In this document: positions 51,601 to 59,526 of the stretch, in pieces
Numbering within the stretch: position 1 is the stretch's first letter
How the letters are laid out: every line of letters starts with the position of its first letter
Source: Macrostomum hystrix
Lineage: Eukaryota > Animalia > Platyhelminthes
Reading direction: 5' to 3'
Length of the DNA stretch: 64,000 nucleotides
NCBI GenBank assembly: GCA_950097015.1
Contig: CATNEN010000025.1
Span: 310,001 to 374,000 of the forward strand
Notes under the pieces: generated by a model
What the model saw: only the letters and a program-made list of their open reading frames with translations
The model's database searches: none
What the model was told of the DNA's origin: nothing
Made by a program: the position numbers and the translations under genes

Positions 51601-54600
51601 TTGAGTTGTCAGGGTCATTGAGTTGTCAGGGTCATTGAGTTGTCAGGGTCATTGAGTTGTCAGGGTCATTGAGTTGTCAGGGTCATTGAGTTGTCAGGAG
51701 CAGTGGGTGTCAGGAGCAGTGGGTGTCAGGAGCAGTGGGTGTCAGGAGCAGTGGGTGTCAGGAGCAGTGGGTGTCAGGAGCAGTGGGTGTCAGGAGCAGT
51801 GGGTGTCAGGAGCAGTGGGTGTCAGGAGCAGTGGGTGTCAGGAGCAGTGGGTGTCAGGAGCAGTGGGTGTCAGGAGCAGTAGTTGTCAGGGTCATTGAGT
51901 TGTCAGGGTCATTGAGTTGTCAGGAGCAGTGGGTGTCAGGAGCAGTGGGTGTCAGGAGCAGTGGGTGTCAGGAGCAGTGGGTGTCAGGAGCAGTGGGTGT
52001 CAGGAGCAGTAGTTGTCAGGGTCATTGAGTTGTCAGGATCATTGAGTTGTCAGGGTCATTGAGTTGTCAGGATCATTGAGTTGTCAGGATCATTGAGTTG
52101 TCAGGGTCATTGAGTTGTCAGGGTCATTGAGTTGTCAGGGTCATTGAGTTGTCAGGGTCATTGAGTTGTCAGGGTCATTGAGTTGTCAGGGTCATTGAGT
52201 TGTCAGGAGCAGTAGTTGTCAGGAGCAGTAGTTGTCAGGAGCAGTGGGTGTCAGGAGCAGTAGTTGTCAGGAGCAGTGGGTGTCAGGAGCAGTGGGTTTC
52301 AGGAGCAGTGGGTGTCAGGAGCAGTGGGTTTCAGGAGCAGTGGGTTTCAGGAGCAGTGGGTGTCAGGAGCAGTGGGTGTCAGGAGCAGTGGGTGTCAGGA
52401 GCAGTAGTTGTCAGGAGCAGTGGGTGTCAGGAGCAGTAGTTGTCAGGAGCAGTGGGTGTCAGGAGCAGTAGTTGTCAGGAGCAGTGGGTTTCAGGAGCAG
52501 TGGGTGTCAGGAGCAGTGGGTGTCAGGAGCAGTGGGTGTCAGGAGCAGTGGGTGTCAGGAGCAGTGGGTGTCAGGAGCAGTGGGTGTCAGGAGCAGTAGT
52601 TGTCAGGAGCAGTGGGTGTCAGGAGCAGTGGGTGTCAGGAGCAGTGGGTGTCAGGAGCAGTAGTTGTCAGGGTCATTGAGTTGTCAGGGTCATTGAGTTG
52701 TCAGGGTCATTGAGTTGTCAGGGTCATTGAGTTGTCAGGAGCAGTGGGTGTCAGGAGCAGTGGGTGTCAGGAGCAGTGGGTGTCAGGAGCAGTGGGTGTC
52801 AGGAGCAGTGGGTGTCAGGAGCAGTGGGTGTCAGGAGCAGTAGTTGTCAGGGTCATTGAGTTGTCAGGATCATTGAGTTGTCAGGGTCATTGAGTTGTCA
52901 GGATCATTGAGTTGTCAGGATCATTGAGTTGTCAGGTTCATTGAGTTGTCAGGGTCATTGAGTTGTCAGGGTCATTGAGTTGTCAGGGTCATTGAGTTGT
53001 CAGGGTCATTGAGTTGTCAGGGTCATTGAGTTGTCAGGAGCAGTAGTTGTCAGGAGCAGTAGTTGTCAGGAGCAGTGGGTGTCAGGAGCAGTAGTTGTCA
53101 GGAGCAGTGGGTGTCAGGAGCAGTGGGTTTCAGGAGCAGTGGGTGTCAGGAGCAGTGGGTTTCAGGAGCAGTGGGTTTCAGGAGCAGTGGGTGTCAGGAG
53201 CAGTGGGTGTCAGGAGCAGTGGGTGTCAGGAGCAGTAGTTGTCAGGAGCAGTGGGTGTCAGGAGCAGTAGTTGTCAGGAGCAGTGGGTGTCAGGAGCAGT
53301 AGTTGTCAGGAGCAGTGGGTGTCAGGAGCAGTAGTTGTCAGGAGCAGTGGGTTTCAGGAGCAGTGGGTGTCAGGAGCAGTGGGTGTCAGGAGCAGTGGGT
53401 GTCAGGAGCAGTGGGTGTCAGGAGCAGTGGGTGTCAGGAGCAGTAGTTGTCAGGAGCAGTGGGTGTCAGGAGCAGTAGTTGTCAGGAGCAGTGGGTGTCA
53501 GGAGCAGTGGGTGTCAGGAGCAGTGGGTGTCAGGAGCAGTGGGTGTCAGGAGCAGTGGGTGTCAGGAGCAGTGGGTGTCAGGAGCAGTAGTTGTCAGAGC
53601 AGTGGGTGTCAGGAGCAGTGGGTGTCAGGAGCAGTGGGTGTCAGGAGCAGTAGTTGTCAGGGTCATTGAGTTGTCAGGGTCATTGAGTTGTCAGGGTCAT
53701 TGAGTTGTCAGGGTCATTGAGTTGTCAGGAGCAGTGGGTGTCAGGAGCAGTGGGTGTCAGGAGCAGTGGGTGTCAGGAGCAGTAGTTGTCAGGAGCAGTG
53801 GGTTTCAGGAGCAGTGGGTGTCAGGAGCAGTGGGTGTCAGGAGCAGTGGGTGTCAGGAGCAGTGGGTGTCAGGAGCAGTAGTTGTCAGGAGCAGTGGGTG
53901 TCAGGAGCAGTAGTTGTCAGGAGCAGTGGGTGTCAGGAGCAGTAGTTGTCAGGAGCAGTGGGTGTCAGGAGCAGTAGTTGTCAGGAGCAGTGGGTTTCAG
54001 GAGCAGTGGGTGTCAGGAGCAGTGGGTGTCAGGAGCAGTGGGTGTCAGGAGCAGTGGGTGTCAGGAGCAGTGGGTGTCAGGAGCAGTAGTTGTCAGGAGC
54101 AGTGGGTGTCAGGAGCAGTAGTTGTCAGGAGCAGTGGGTGTCAGGAGCAGTGGGTGTCAGGAGCAGTGGGTGTCAGGAGCAGTGGGTGTCAGGAGCAGTG
54201 GGTGTCAGGAGCAGTGGGTGTCAGGAGCAGTGGGTGTCAGGAGCAGTGGATGTCAGGAGCAGTGGGTGTCAGGAGCAGTGGGTGTCAGGAGCAGTGGGTG
54301 TCAGGAGCAGTGGGTGTCAGGAGCAGTGGGTGTCAGGAGCAGTGGATGTCAGGAGCAGTGGGTTTCAGGAGCAGTGGGTGTCAGTTTTCACTCGGAGAAC
54401 AAATGTCCCTTTCAGAGAATTCTGTTCGCCTTGTCCGGGTCGTTTCTCAACCACGCGGAGCACTTTAAGCTGTATAGCTCCTTTTGCGCGTATCATTCCA
54501 AGTGTCAGAAGCTGCTCAACCCGGGTGAGCACACCTTCGCTAACACCAAACCCCATACTGCTGATCTAAAATCATTCAATCTGATCAAAATTTCATCCAC

Positions 54601-56885
54601 ATCGATTTCAGAGGAAAATCCGACACTGCGGGAATTCCTGCTCAGCAAGAACCCGCAACAGGAGCAGTCATCATCCATTGACTCATTTCTCATCAAGCCG
54701 ATTCAGCGCATATTGAAGTACCCGCTTCTGCTGCAGAACATGTGCGCCCACGCTGTTCCAGGGAGCGATGAGCAGAAACAGCTTCTGGGTGAGACACCAC
54801 TGACTGTCAACAGATACCTTGGTATTTATTGACTGACTCACTAATTACCCACTTGTGTCCAGATATCATCAGACACCTCACTAATTACCCACTTGTGTCC
54901 AGATATCATCAGACACCTCACTAATTACCCACTTGTGTCCAGATATCATCAGACACCTCACTAATTACCCACTTGTGTCCAGATATCATCAGAACCTCAC
55001 TAATTAACCACATATTTCCAGCCTTAATCAGACACCTCACTAATTACCCACTTGTGTCCAGATATCATCAGACACCTCACTAATTACCCACTTGTGTCCA
55101 GATATCATCAGAACCTCACTAATTAACCACATATTTCCAGCCTTAATCAGACACCTCACTAATTACCCACTTGTGTCCAGCCTTAATCAGACACCTGAAA
55201 AGATCATCTTAAACGCATCATAACAGAGGCCCTCCGCGGCATGGAGACAGTGGCGGAGCACATCAACGAGATGCAAAAGATCTACGAAGAGTACGGACCG
55301 ACATTTGAAGAGTTGACTCGCATTTTTAGAGAAATTCATCCCCACAAAAGGGTGAGATTCTGTCATTTGTCTAATTGTATTTACAATATAAATTTCAATA
55401 TACGATCGATTCGATTTTAACGGCGTGGATCGACTAGCTAAAATAGTTACTACTCCGTATAGAACAGGTATTACTCCAGGTAGAACAGGTATTACTCCAG
55501 GTAGAACAGGTATTACTCCAGGTAGAACAGGTATTACTCCAGGTAGAACAGGTATTACTCCAGGTAGAACAGGTATTACTCCAGGTAGAACAGGTATTAC
55601 TCCAGGTAGAACAGGTATTACTCCAGGTAGAACAGGTATTACTCCAGGTAAGAGAATAGGTAGAATAAGTGGCACAAAATTTAGAACAATACAATACATC
55701 AGTTAGAACAATAAGCCACAAGCGTGCAGAAATGCCGAACGCCATTTCCGCAGCCGGTCGATCTCAGCATCGGCGACCTGCAGATGTATGGCACAGTCGA
55801 ATGGCTGAACGCCTCAGACAACCTGGGCAAGATAAAGAAGAACATCGACCTGTACACCAACTGCTTTGTGTTCAAATCCGCCGTTGTCATGCTCTGCCGG
55901 GAAAGATCTAGGAATAAGAGAAAGAACTCAAAGGTGAGTGGCAGAGCGGTTAACGCGTTTGCGTCTCGCACTAAGGTACCTTAGCTCGATTCCGCGGCGA
56001 GGCCACATTCATTTGGGGCGCATTTGTGCAATGAGAAAGGCAGGGCAGATGTACACACCTGTGTGAGCGTATGCCTGCGTACAGTATCTGTGTGCGTGTG
56101 TGCGCAGGAGTCAGCGAAATGGGCAGAATTGCCTCCTCGCTGTCTGCGGGTCTAGTGTCACCAAATGATGTGCCATTGCCCGCAGCCCTCCTGCAATTAA
56201 TATTATCTATGTGGTTGAGTCGCTGATGCTGAGTTGCAAAAGCATATTGTTGGTTCCCAGTGTCACTCGCGCTCTCCCTCCTTCCCTCCTAGCCGAGTCT
56301 GCAGAGCCAGCTGAGCGGCGGACCGGGTATCAGCGAGCTCGTCCGCTTCCAGACCGTCATCCCGGTGGCCGAGGTTGAGGTTCGCTGCGGTTTCACCTCC
56401 GAGTCGGACGGCATGCACCTGTGGGAGCTGGTGCACATGCGCTCGGATGCGGAGAGACGGACTGAGAAGGTCTATCAGCTGTCAAACTGGTGAGACGGGA
56501 CTTGTTGACTCAATTGTTGATGAAGAGAATTGCACCTTGCCCAGCCTTTAGGGGGTGAGTGGCAGAGCGGTCTAACGCGTTTGCCTCTCGCACCAAGGTC
56601 CCTGAGCTCGATTCCGAGGCGAGGCCACATTCATTTGGGGCGCAGTTGCGGAGAGATGTACAATTTACACGCACGAGGGCTAAGCTTCCAAGGCTCAGTG
56701 AATTGTACACTACCTGACGATGAGCAACCCTGTGTGCCTGCGTACAGTATCTGTGTTCGTGTGTGCTCAGGAGTCAGCGAAATGTGCAGAATTGCCTCCT
56801 CGATGCGGCGGGTCTGGTGTCACAAAATGATGTGCCAGTGCCCGCCGCACTTTTGAAATTACGATCTATTATTATTACTATTTTC

Positions 56886-56921
<36 letters not shown>

Positions 56922-57415
56922 GCTCGTATAAATCAGCCTTAGCTCCGGGGGCTAGGTTACTCTGGAATGAAAGTTAGCTAATAAAGTGCATCTCCTCCCG
57001 TCCGCAGTTCCTCCGAGGCTCGCAACGACTTTCTGAAGACCATCCGGCAGATGATTCGCGACTCCGTGCGCCAGATGAGCCTTCCGAGCCTGCGCCAGGC
57101 CGTACCGACTTCGCAGCAACATCAGCAGCAGCTGCCGCGCCCTCGACCGCCGCCGCCGATGAGAACAACATCCTACCTGAGCGGACCTCAGCAGCCGTAT
57201 CAGCAGCAGCGGCACAGCGGCCACTTCAATCTGCCGCATCAGCAGCTGCAGCCGCAGCAGCCAACATCTGTCGGAGCCACAGAGTTCGCGCTTCAAGAGC
57301 TTTGGGAACAGCAGCAGCAGCAGCAGCAGCAGCTGAAGGCTCGTAGTAGGACTTGCTCGGATTTGCAGCAAGCAGGTGGCAGCGGTGGCAGCAGTCGGGG
57401 CCTGTCGCCGCCTCC

Positions 57416-57460
<45 letters not shown>

Positions 57461-58130
57461 CCAGTCGTGGCAGCAACAGGATGATCAGAGAACACCGACG
57501 CCGCCCCTGCCACCGCCACCAATCATCGCAGTTCACCAGCAACAGCAGCAGCAGCAGCTGACGTCACCGGAGTTGCCACCCAGCGAGTACGACAACTGCG
57601 GCGCCCCGTCTCCGCCAAGCGGAGTCGGCGGCAACTCAACTGCCGTTGGCAGCACCTCGACAATCAGTACATTGAACAGCGGTGGCGGCGGCGTCAGTGG
57701 CAGCGGTGTTGGCGGCGGTGATGCCATGAGCATCACCGGCAGCGGCCGGTCCCCCTCCGCGCGCCTCCTGTTCGCCAGCGGCACGCCGCTCCGCTCCCCA
57801 GCGCTGTCGGCTGCTTCGTCAGGAGCTGGCGGCGACGGAGCCGATCTCCACGGCGCCAGCCCGATTTGGAAGCCGCGCTCGCGAGTCACCTACGACACGG
57901 CGTCGACAACCTCGGCCTCGGGGCTGGCGTCTGATGGGGCCGGCGGTGTTTGCAGCGACGTTGGCGGCGCCGACAGGACAATAAGCGCGTCCACCGCTTA
58001 CGGGGACTACACTGGGCTGGGGACTCACGCGCTTCCAGGACCGCACCTGGCGCTGTGCCAGGACCAGCAGCAGCAGCAGCAGCAGCAGGAAGGCAGATTC
58101 TTCACCGAAGAGGGGGTGACGCAGCTTTGA
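19023..58130 (+). CDS. sif: Still life / TIAM1-family Rac guanine nucleotide exchange factor, 18 coding exons, 6171 nt, about 2056 aa
   Basis: Domain order EVH1-like, PH, CC-Ex, RBD, PDZ, DH, PH is that of Drosophila SIF type 1. All 17 introns are GT-AG with compatible phases and the summed exon length is a multiple of 3. Small extra exons may be missed. Confidence 0.93.
19427..19940. repeat. 16-bp minisatellite TCTCATCTCTCCTCTG (sif intron 1)
   Basis: Direct periodicity. Confidence 0.93.
19978..20102 (+). CDS. sif: sif exon 2: second half of EVH1-like domain
   Basis: [42 protein letters not shown] (WGLNF EVH1 motif); acceptor ccgcag, donor GTGAGT at 20103. Confidence 0.92.
20190..20730. 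repeat. Purine-rich degenerate minisatellite, about 17-19 bp, GAGAGGAGAAATG(T)GG
   Basis: Direct periodicity with length variants. Confidence 0.9.
21256..23248. repeat. 14-bp minisatellite AGACAGGGGATGG(G/C), about 140 copies
   Basis: Direct periodicity; spurious 500-720 aa ORFs on both strands. Confidence 0.97.
23775..23846 (+). CDS. sif: sif exon 3 (72 nt)
   Basis: Acceptor ttttatattttcag; [24 protein letters not shown]; donor GTGAGC; phase 0-0. Confidence 0.75.
23970..25066. repeat. 31/33-bp minisatellite AAATTGTCACTCCAATGAGAGTGAGACCTCT and variant
   Basis: Two interspersed unit types. Confidence 0.95.
25435..26225. repeat. Hexamer microsatellite (GGGACA/GAGATA)n
   Basis: Directly visible. 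Confidence 0.95.
26654..27395. repeat. 21-bp minisatellite TGACGGGACTCACCTTGAATA, about 35 copies
   Basis: Direct periodicity; the last copies drift in sequence. Confidence 0.96.
27452..28606 (+). CDS. sif: sif exon 4 (low-complexity, polyQ-rich)
   Basis: 1155-nt open GC-rich frame between acceptor tgactgaacag and donor GAT|GTGAGT at 28607; phase 0-0. Confidence 0.8.
28695..30628. repeat. 34-bp minisatellite CCTCCAAGACTTCAGGCTAGGAAGAATTCCTTAA, about 56 copies
   Basis: Head-to-tail units with no spacers. Confidence 0.97.
31432..32552. repeat. 15-bp minisatellite GGGATAAAGGGAGAA, about 74 copies
   Basis: Direct periodicity. Confidence 0.96.
33155..33720. repeat. Imperfect (GCA/GTA)n trinucleotide microsatellite split by the LINE fragment
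   Basis: Tracts at about 33155-33360 and 33581-33720. Confidence 0.9.
33363..33580 (+). mobile_element. 5'-truncated non-LTR retrotransposon (LINE) 3' end with (GAA)n tail
   Basis: Frame 33366-33560 reads [28 protein letters not shown]...[12 protein letters not shown]..., the C-x7-H-x4-C zinc-knuckle C-terminus typical of LINE ORF2; TAA then (GAA)6. Confidence 0.7.
34314..34432 (+). CDS. sif: sif exon 5 (leads into PH1)
   Basis: [16 protein letters not shown]...GAIRKSG; donor GG|GTGAGT at 34433. Confidence 0.88.
34718..35640. repeat. 12-bp minisatellite AAGAATCGCAT(C/G) with a 168-bp higher-order duplication
   Basis: Marker TCACACC at 34821 and 34989. Confidence 0.94.
36205..39895. repeat. 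29-bp minisatellite AAGAAAGAATCAGCCCGAGAATCTTCGAC and variants, about 127 copies
   Basis: Direct periodicity; longest array in the window. Confidence 0.98.
40452..40650 (+). mobile_element. tRNA-derived SINE, copy 1 (degenerate, 3'-truncated)
   Basis: Shares GCGTTTGCCTCTCGCACCAAGGT, TCGATTCCGCGGCGAGGCCACATTCATTTGGGGCG and TGCCTGCGTACAGTATC blocks with the other copies. Confidence 0.8.
40668..40834 (+). CDS. sif: sif exon 6 (N-terminal PH domain)
   Basis: [38 protein letters not shown] is the TIAM/SIF PH1 signature; donor A|GTGAGC at 40835. Confidence 0.95.
40862..42277. repeat. 18-bp GCTGAATGACTTCAGGAT array followed by a 20-bp AACTTCAGGATAGAGAATGA array (sif intron 6)
   Basis: Direct periodicity; both share ACTTCAGGA. 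Confidence 0.95.
42292..42533 (+). CDS. sif: sif exon 7 (PH1 end, coiled coil)
   Basis: [32 protein letters not shown]...[19 protein letters not shown]; donor GTGAGC at 42534. Confidence 0.95.
43196..43378 (+). CDS. sif: sif exon 8 (CC-Ex)
   Basis: [12 protein letters not shown]...[32 protein letters not shown]; donor GTGCGT at 43379. Confidence 0.95.
43450..43580. repeat. 11-bp minisatellite CCTTGGCAACG, about 12 copies
   Basis: Near-perfect array in the 263-nt intron 8. Confidence 0.95.
43642..44235 (+). CDS. sif: sif exon 9 (Ex end, Q-rich linker, RBD start)
   Basis: [32 protein letters not shown]...IGIRLPSGQ; donor GTGAGC at 44236. Confidence 0.92.
44333..44494 (+). CDS. sif: sif exon 10 (Ras-binding domain)
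   Basis: [31 protein letters not shown]; donor CAG|GTAAGT at 44495. Confidence 0.9.
44582..44845. repeat. Alternating 55/54-bp tandem repeat (109-bp dimer), about 5 units
   Basis: TTGACAGCC at 44582, 44637, 44691, 44746, 44800. Confidence 0.9.
46139..48296. repeat. 28-bp minisatellite ACACGTCCTAAACCAACACTCAATGT(AG/AC/TG), about 77 copies
   Basis: Direct periodicity. Confidence 0.97.
48944..49200 (+). mobile_element. tRNA-derived SINE, copy 2, with target-site duplication
   Basis: A box TGGCAGAGTGG, B box GAGCTCGATTCC, AT-rich tail; flanking ATTATCCCAAATTAG (48926-48940) and ATTATCCCCAAATTAG (49197-49212). Confidence 0.88.
49301..50056 (+). CDS. sif: sif exon 11 (PDZ domain and Q/P-rich linker)
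   Basis: YGMTVEAEL...[29 protein letters not shown]...LDMVYIE; donor GTGAGT at 50057. Confidence 0.93.
50573..50810. repeat. Degenerate tandem repeat of about 62 bp, 4 copies, most with CCAAT/ATTGG
   Basis: CCAAT at 50576, 50639, 50700; fourth unit (GCTAAT) from about 50762. Confidence 0.75.
51006..51368 (+). CDS. sif: sif exon 12 (DH domain start); NAGNAG acceptor, start 51006 or 51009
   Basis: [23 protein letters not shown] signature; donor AGG|GTGAGC at 51369. Confidence 0.92.
51412..54385. repeat. Compound minisatellite of 17-bp TCAGGGTCATTGAGTTG and 16-bp TCAGGAGCAGTGGGTG blocks (sif intron 12)
   Basis: Alternating blocks of two related units. Confidence 0.97.
54416..54524 (+). CDS. 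sif: sif exon 13 (DH)
   Basis: [36 protein letters not shown]; donor G|GTGAGC at 54525. Confidence 0.92.
54612..54788 (+). CDS. sif: sif exon 14 (DH)
   Basis: [36 protein letters not shown] (canonical DH motif); donor GTGAGA at 54789. Confidence 0.95.
54837..55196. repeat. Tandem repeat of about 40 bp CTCACTAATTACCCACTTGTGTCCAGATATCATCAGACAC, 9 units (sif intron 14)
   Basis: Direct periodicity. Confidence 0.93.
55227..55351 (+). CDS. sif: sif exon 15 (DH end)
   Basis: [24 protein letters not shown]; donor GTGAGA at 55352. Confidence 0.95.
55457..55650. repeat. 21-bp minisatellite GTAGAACAGGTATTACTCCAG, about 9 copies
   Basis: Direct periodicity. Confidence 0.93.
55754..55933 (+). CDS. sif: sif exon 16 (C-terminal PH)
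   Basis: [19 protein letters not shown]...[15 protein letters not shown]; donor GTGAGT at 55934. Confidence 0.93.
55933..56210 (+). mobile_element. tRNA-derived SINE, copy 3 (starts at the exon 16/intron junction)
   Basis: GGTGAGTGGCAGAGCGG head, B box and shared body and 3' blocks. Confidence 0.85.
56293..56489 (+). CDS. sif: sif exon 17 (C-terminal PH)
   Basis: [16 protein letters not shown]...LWELVHMRS...EKVYQLSN; donor TG|GTGAGA at 56490. Confidence 0.93.
56551..56920 (+). mobile_element. tRNA-derived SINE, copy 4 (longest, (ATT)n tail)
   Basis: GGGGGTGAG head, A box 56560-56570, B box 56604-56615, shared body, (ATT)n tail about 56867-56920. Confidence 0.9.
57008..58130 (+). CDS. sif: sif exon 18 (PH end, low-complexity tail, stop)
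   Basis: [26 protein letters not shown], then Q/G/S-rich tail ending EEGVTQL; TGA at 58128-58130. Confidence 0.93.
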
Positions 58131-58147
58131 GTGAATTCAAATATCCG

Positions 58148-58162
58148 AATAAATTTAATAAA
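58148..58162 (+). terminator. Tandem AATAAA polyadenylation signals for sif
   Basis: AATAAA at 58148-58153 and 58157-58162, 17 nt after the stop, where GC content drops sharply. Confidence 0.5.
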
Positions 58163-58919
58163 AATTAAATGTGCTTCGGAATTCAACTGAAAAAACATAC
58201 TACTGTACCTTCATGTAAAGTAGTTCCTGAGCATTGTTATTGTGTGGCGTCTAATGTATTGGACATCGATGAATGTTCAATGCCCTATGGGAATTGTATC
58301 TGCAGTATTCTTTATCAAGTTGTTGTTCAGTTTCGGGTAACATATTACCTCAGTTCATTTCCCGTTTTACATAGAACATCAATTGACACAAATTTGGTCT
58401 TAATTGTGCATGCTTAACTGCCCACTCAAGCTCGTCCTGTTTTTAATTCACCTAGAAAGTACATTATACTCATACGTTTGCAGTAAAAATGCACGCAAAG
58501 AAGCAATATACTCGTAAAAAGCCATAACAGCCTACTAACAAACAGTAGCGTTAGTTCATACATTTGATGCTCCTATATGTAGTAAAAATATGACCCTAAT
58601 GAAATATGAACTATTGCTCCCTATAAACACCTAAAGCGCTGTATTTCTTCATGCCTACATGTACACAAGACTGCGAAAAAAGTATTTTTGTCTATTAGCT
58701 AGATTTTACTCGGAGTCATTGATCTGAACGCCTGATGGAGTTGTCTTAACATTTTTCTTTCCTTCCTTATTTGAATATATGCTTTACAAGCAATGCTTGA
58801 TATCTGAACTTTACTAAATGTTGTGTCTTAAACTCTGCTATCTATGGCTGACTGATATTTACTCTCGCTAATTGATTATTCCTTTATAATTTTTAAGGGG
58901 TTGGATAGGAGTTAGTAAA

Positions 58920-59125
58920 AGAGTGGATGTACATAGAAGCAGGTTGTGGTTAAGAATGCACATTTCGGATCTGGAAGGGTTTGGTCAGAGGTGGATGTAC
59001 ATAGAAGCCGGGTGGGGTTAAGAATGTACATTGAGGCCGGTAGGGGTTGCAAATGTACATTCGGAGTTGGTAGGGTTGGTCAGAGGTGGATGTACATAGA
59101 AGCCGCGTGGGGTTAAGAATGTACA
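58920..59125. repeat. Three imperfect copies of a GAGGTGGATGTACATAGAAGCCG...GGTTAAGAATGTACA unit
   Basis: Copies start near 58921, 58990 and 59083. Confidence 0.75.
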
Positions 59126-59526
59126 AGCAACATTAGGAATTTTCGGCAACTAAATTAAAGCTAGCACGTAATCCTTCCTCGGACTTCCTCAATCTTTTGT
59201 CCTGCGTCCGTCTTTTGTTTTTCTTTCTAAACTTTTCTACGCACGAAACTTTTTAAACAACACAGATCCAGTCGATTATTGTCGCAAATTTTTCTCAATA
59301 TTATGAATCACAATGCAGCACTTTGTTCGCTATACAAAATCCACATAGATTTGATATAAATAAAAACGAATTACCGTACAAAATCGGTACTAAAAAGTAT
59401 GCAATAAATTATTTTACTTCATCTGGTTCAGAAACTGCTGCTAAAGTTACGATGACTTTTATTTGTTATTTCTGTTCACAAATTTAGCTATTTAGAATTG
59501 TATTTGACTGCAGCTTGGGCTGCGGC

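Noticed and set aside
56121-56200. HDV-like ribozyme suggested by GCCTCCTCGCT (56131-56141)
   Set aside because: P3 does not close, no consistent P1 partner lies upstream, and copy 4 differs at the required positions.
56551-56630. tRNA gene
   Set aside because: A and B boxes are present but the acceptor and anticodon stems do not pair properly, the B box is altered, and the sequence continues into a shared body and tail, so it is a SINE head.
56714-56782. Hammerhead ribozyme in the SINE (CTGACGA...CGAAA), by analogy with Schistosoma SM-alpha
   Set aside because: The stem after CTGACGA closes on GGAG rather than GAAA, the GAAA register gives no closing pair, and copies 1 and 3 lack CTGANGA. 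A covariance-model search would settle it.
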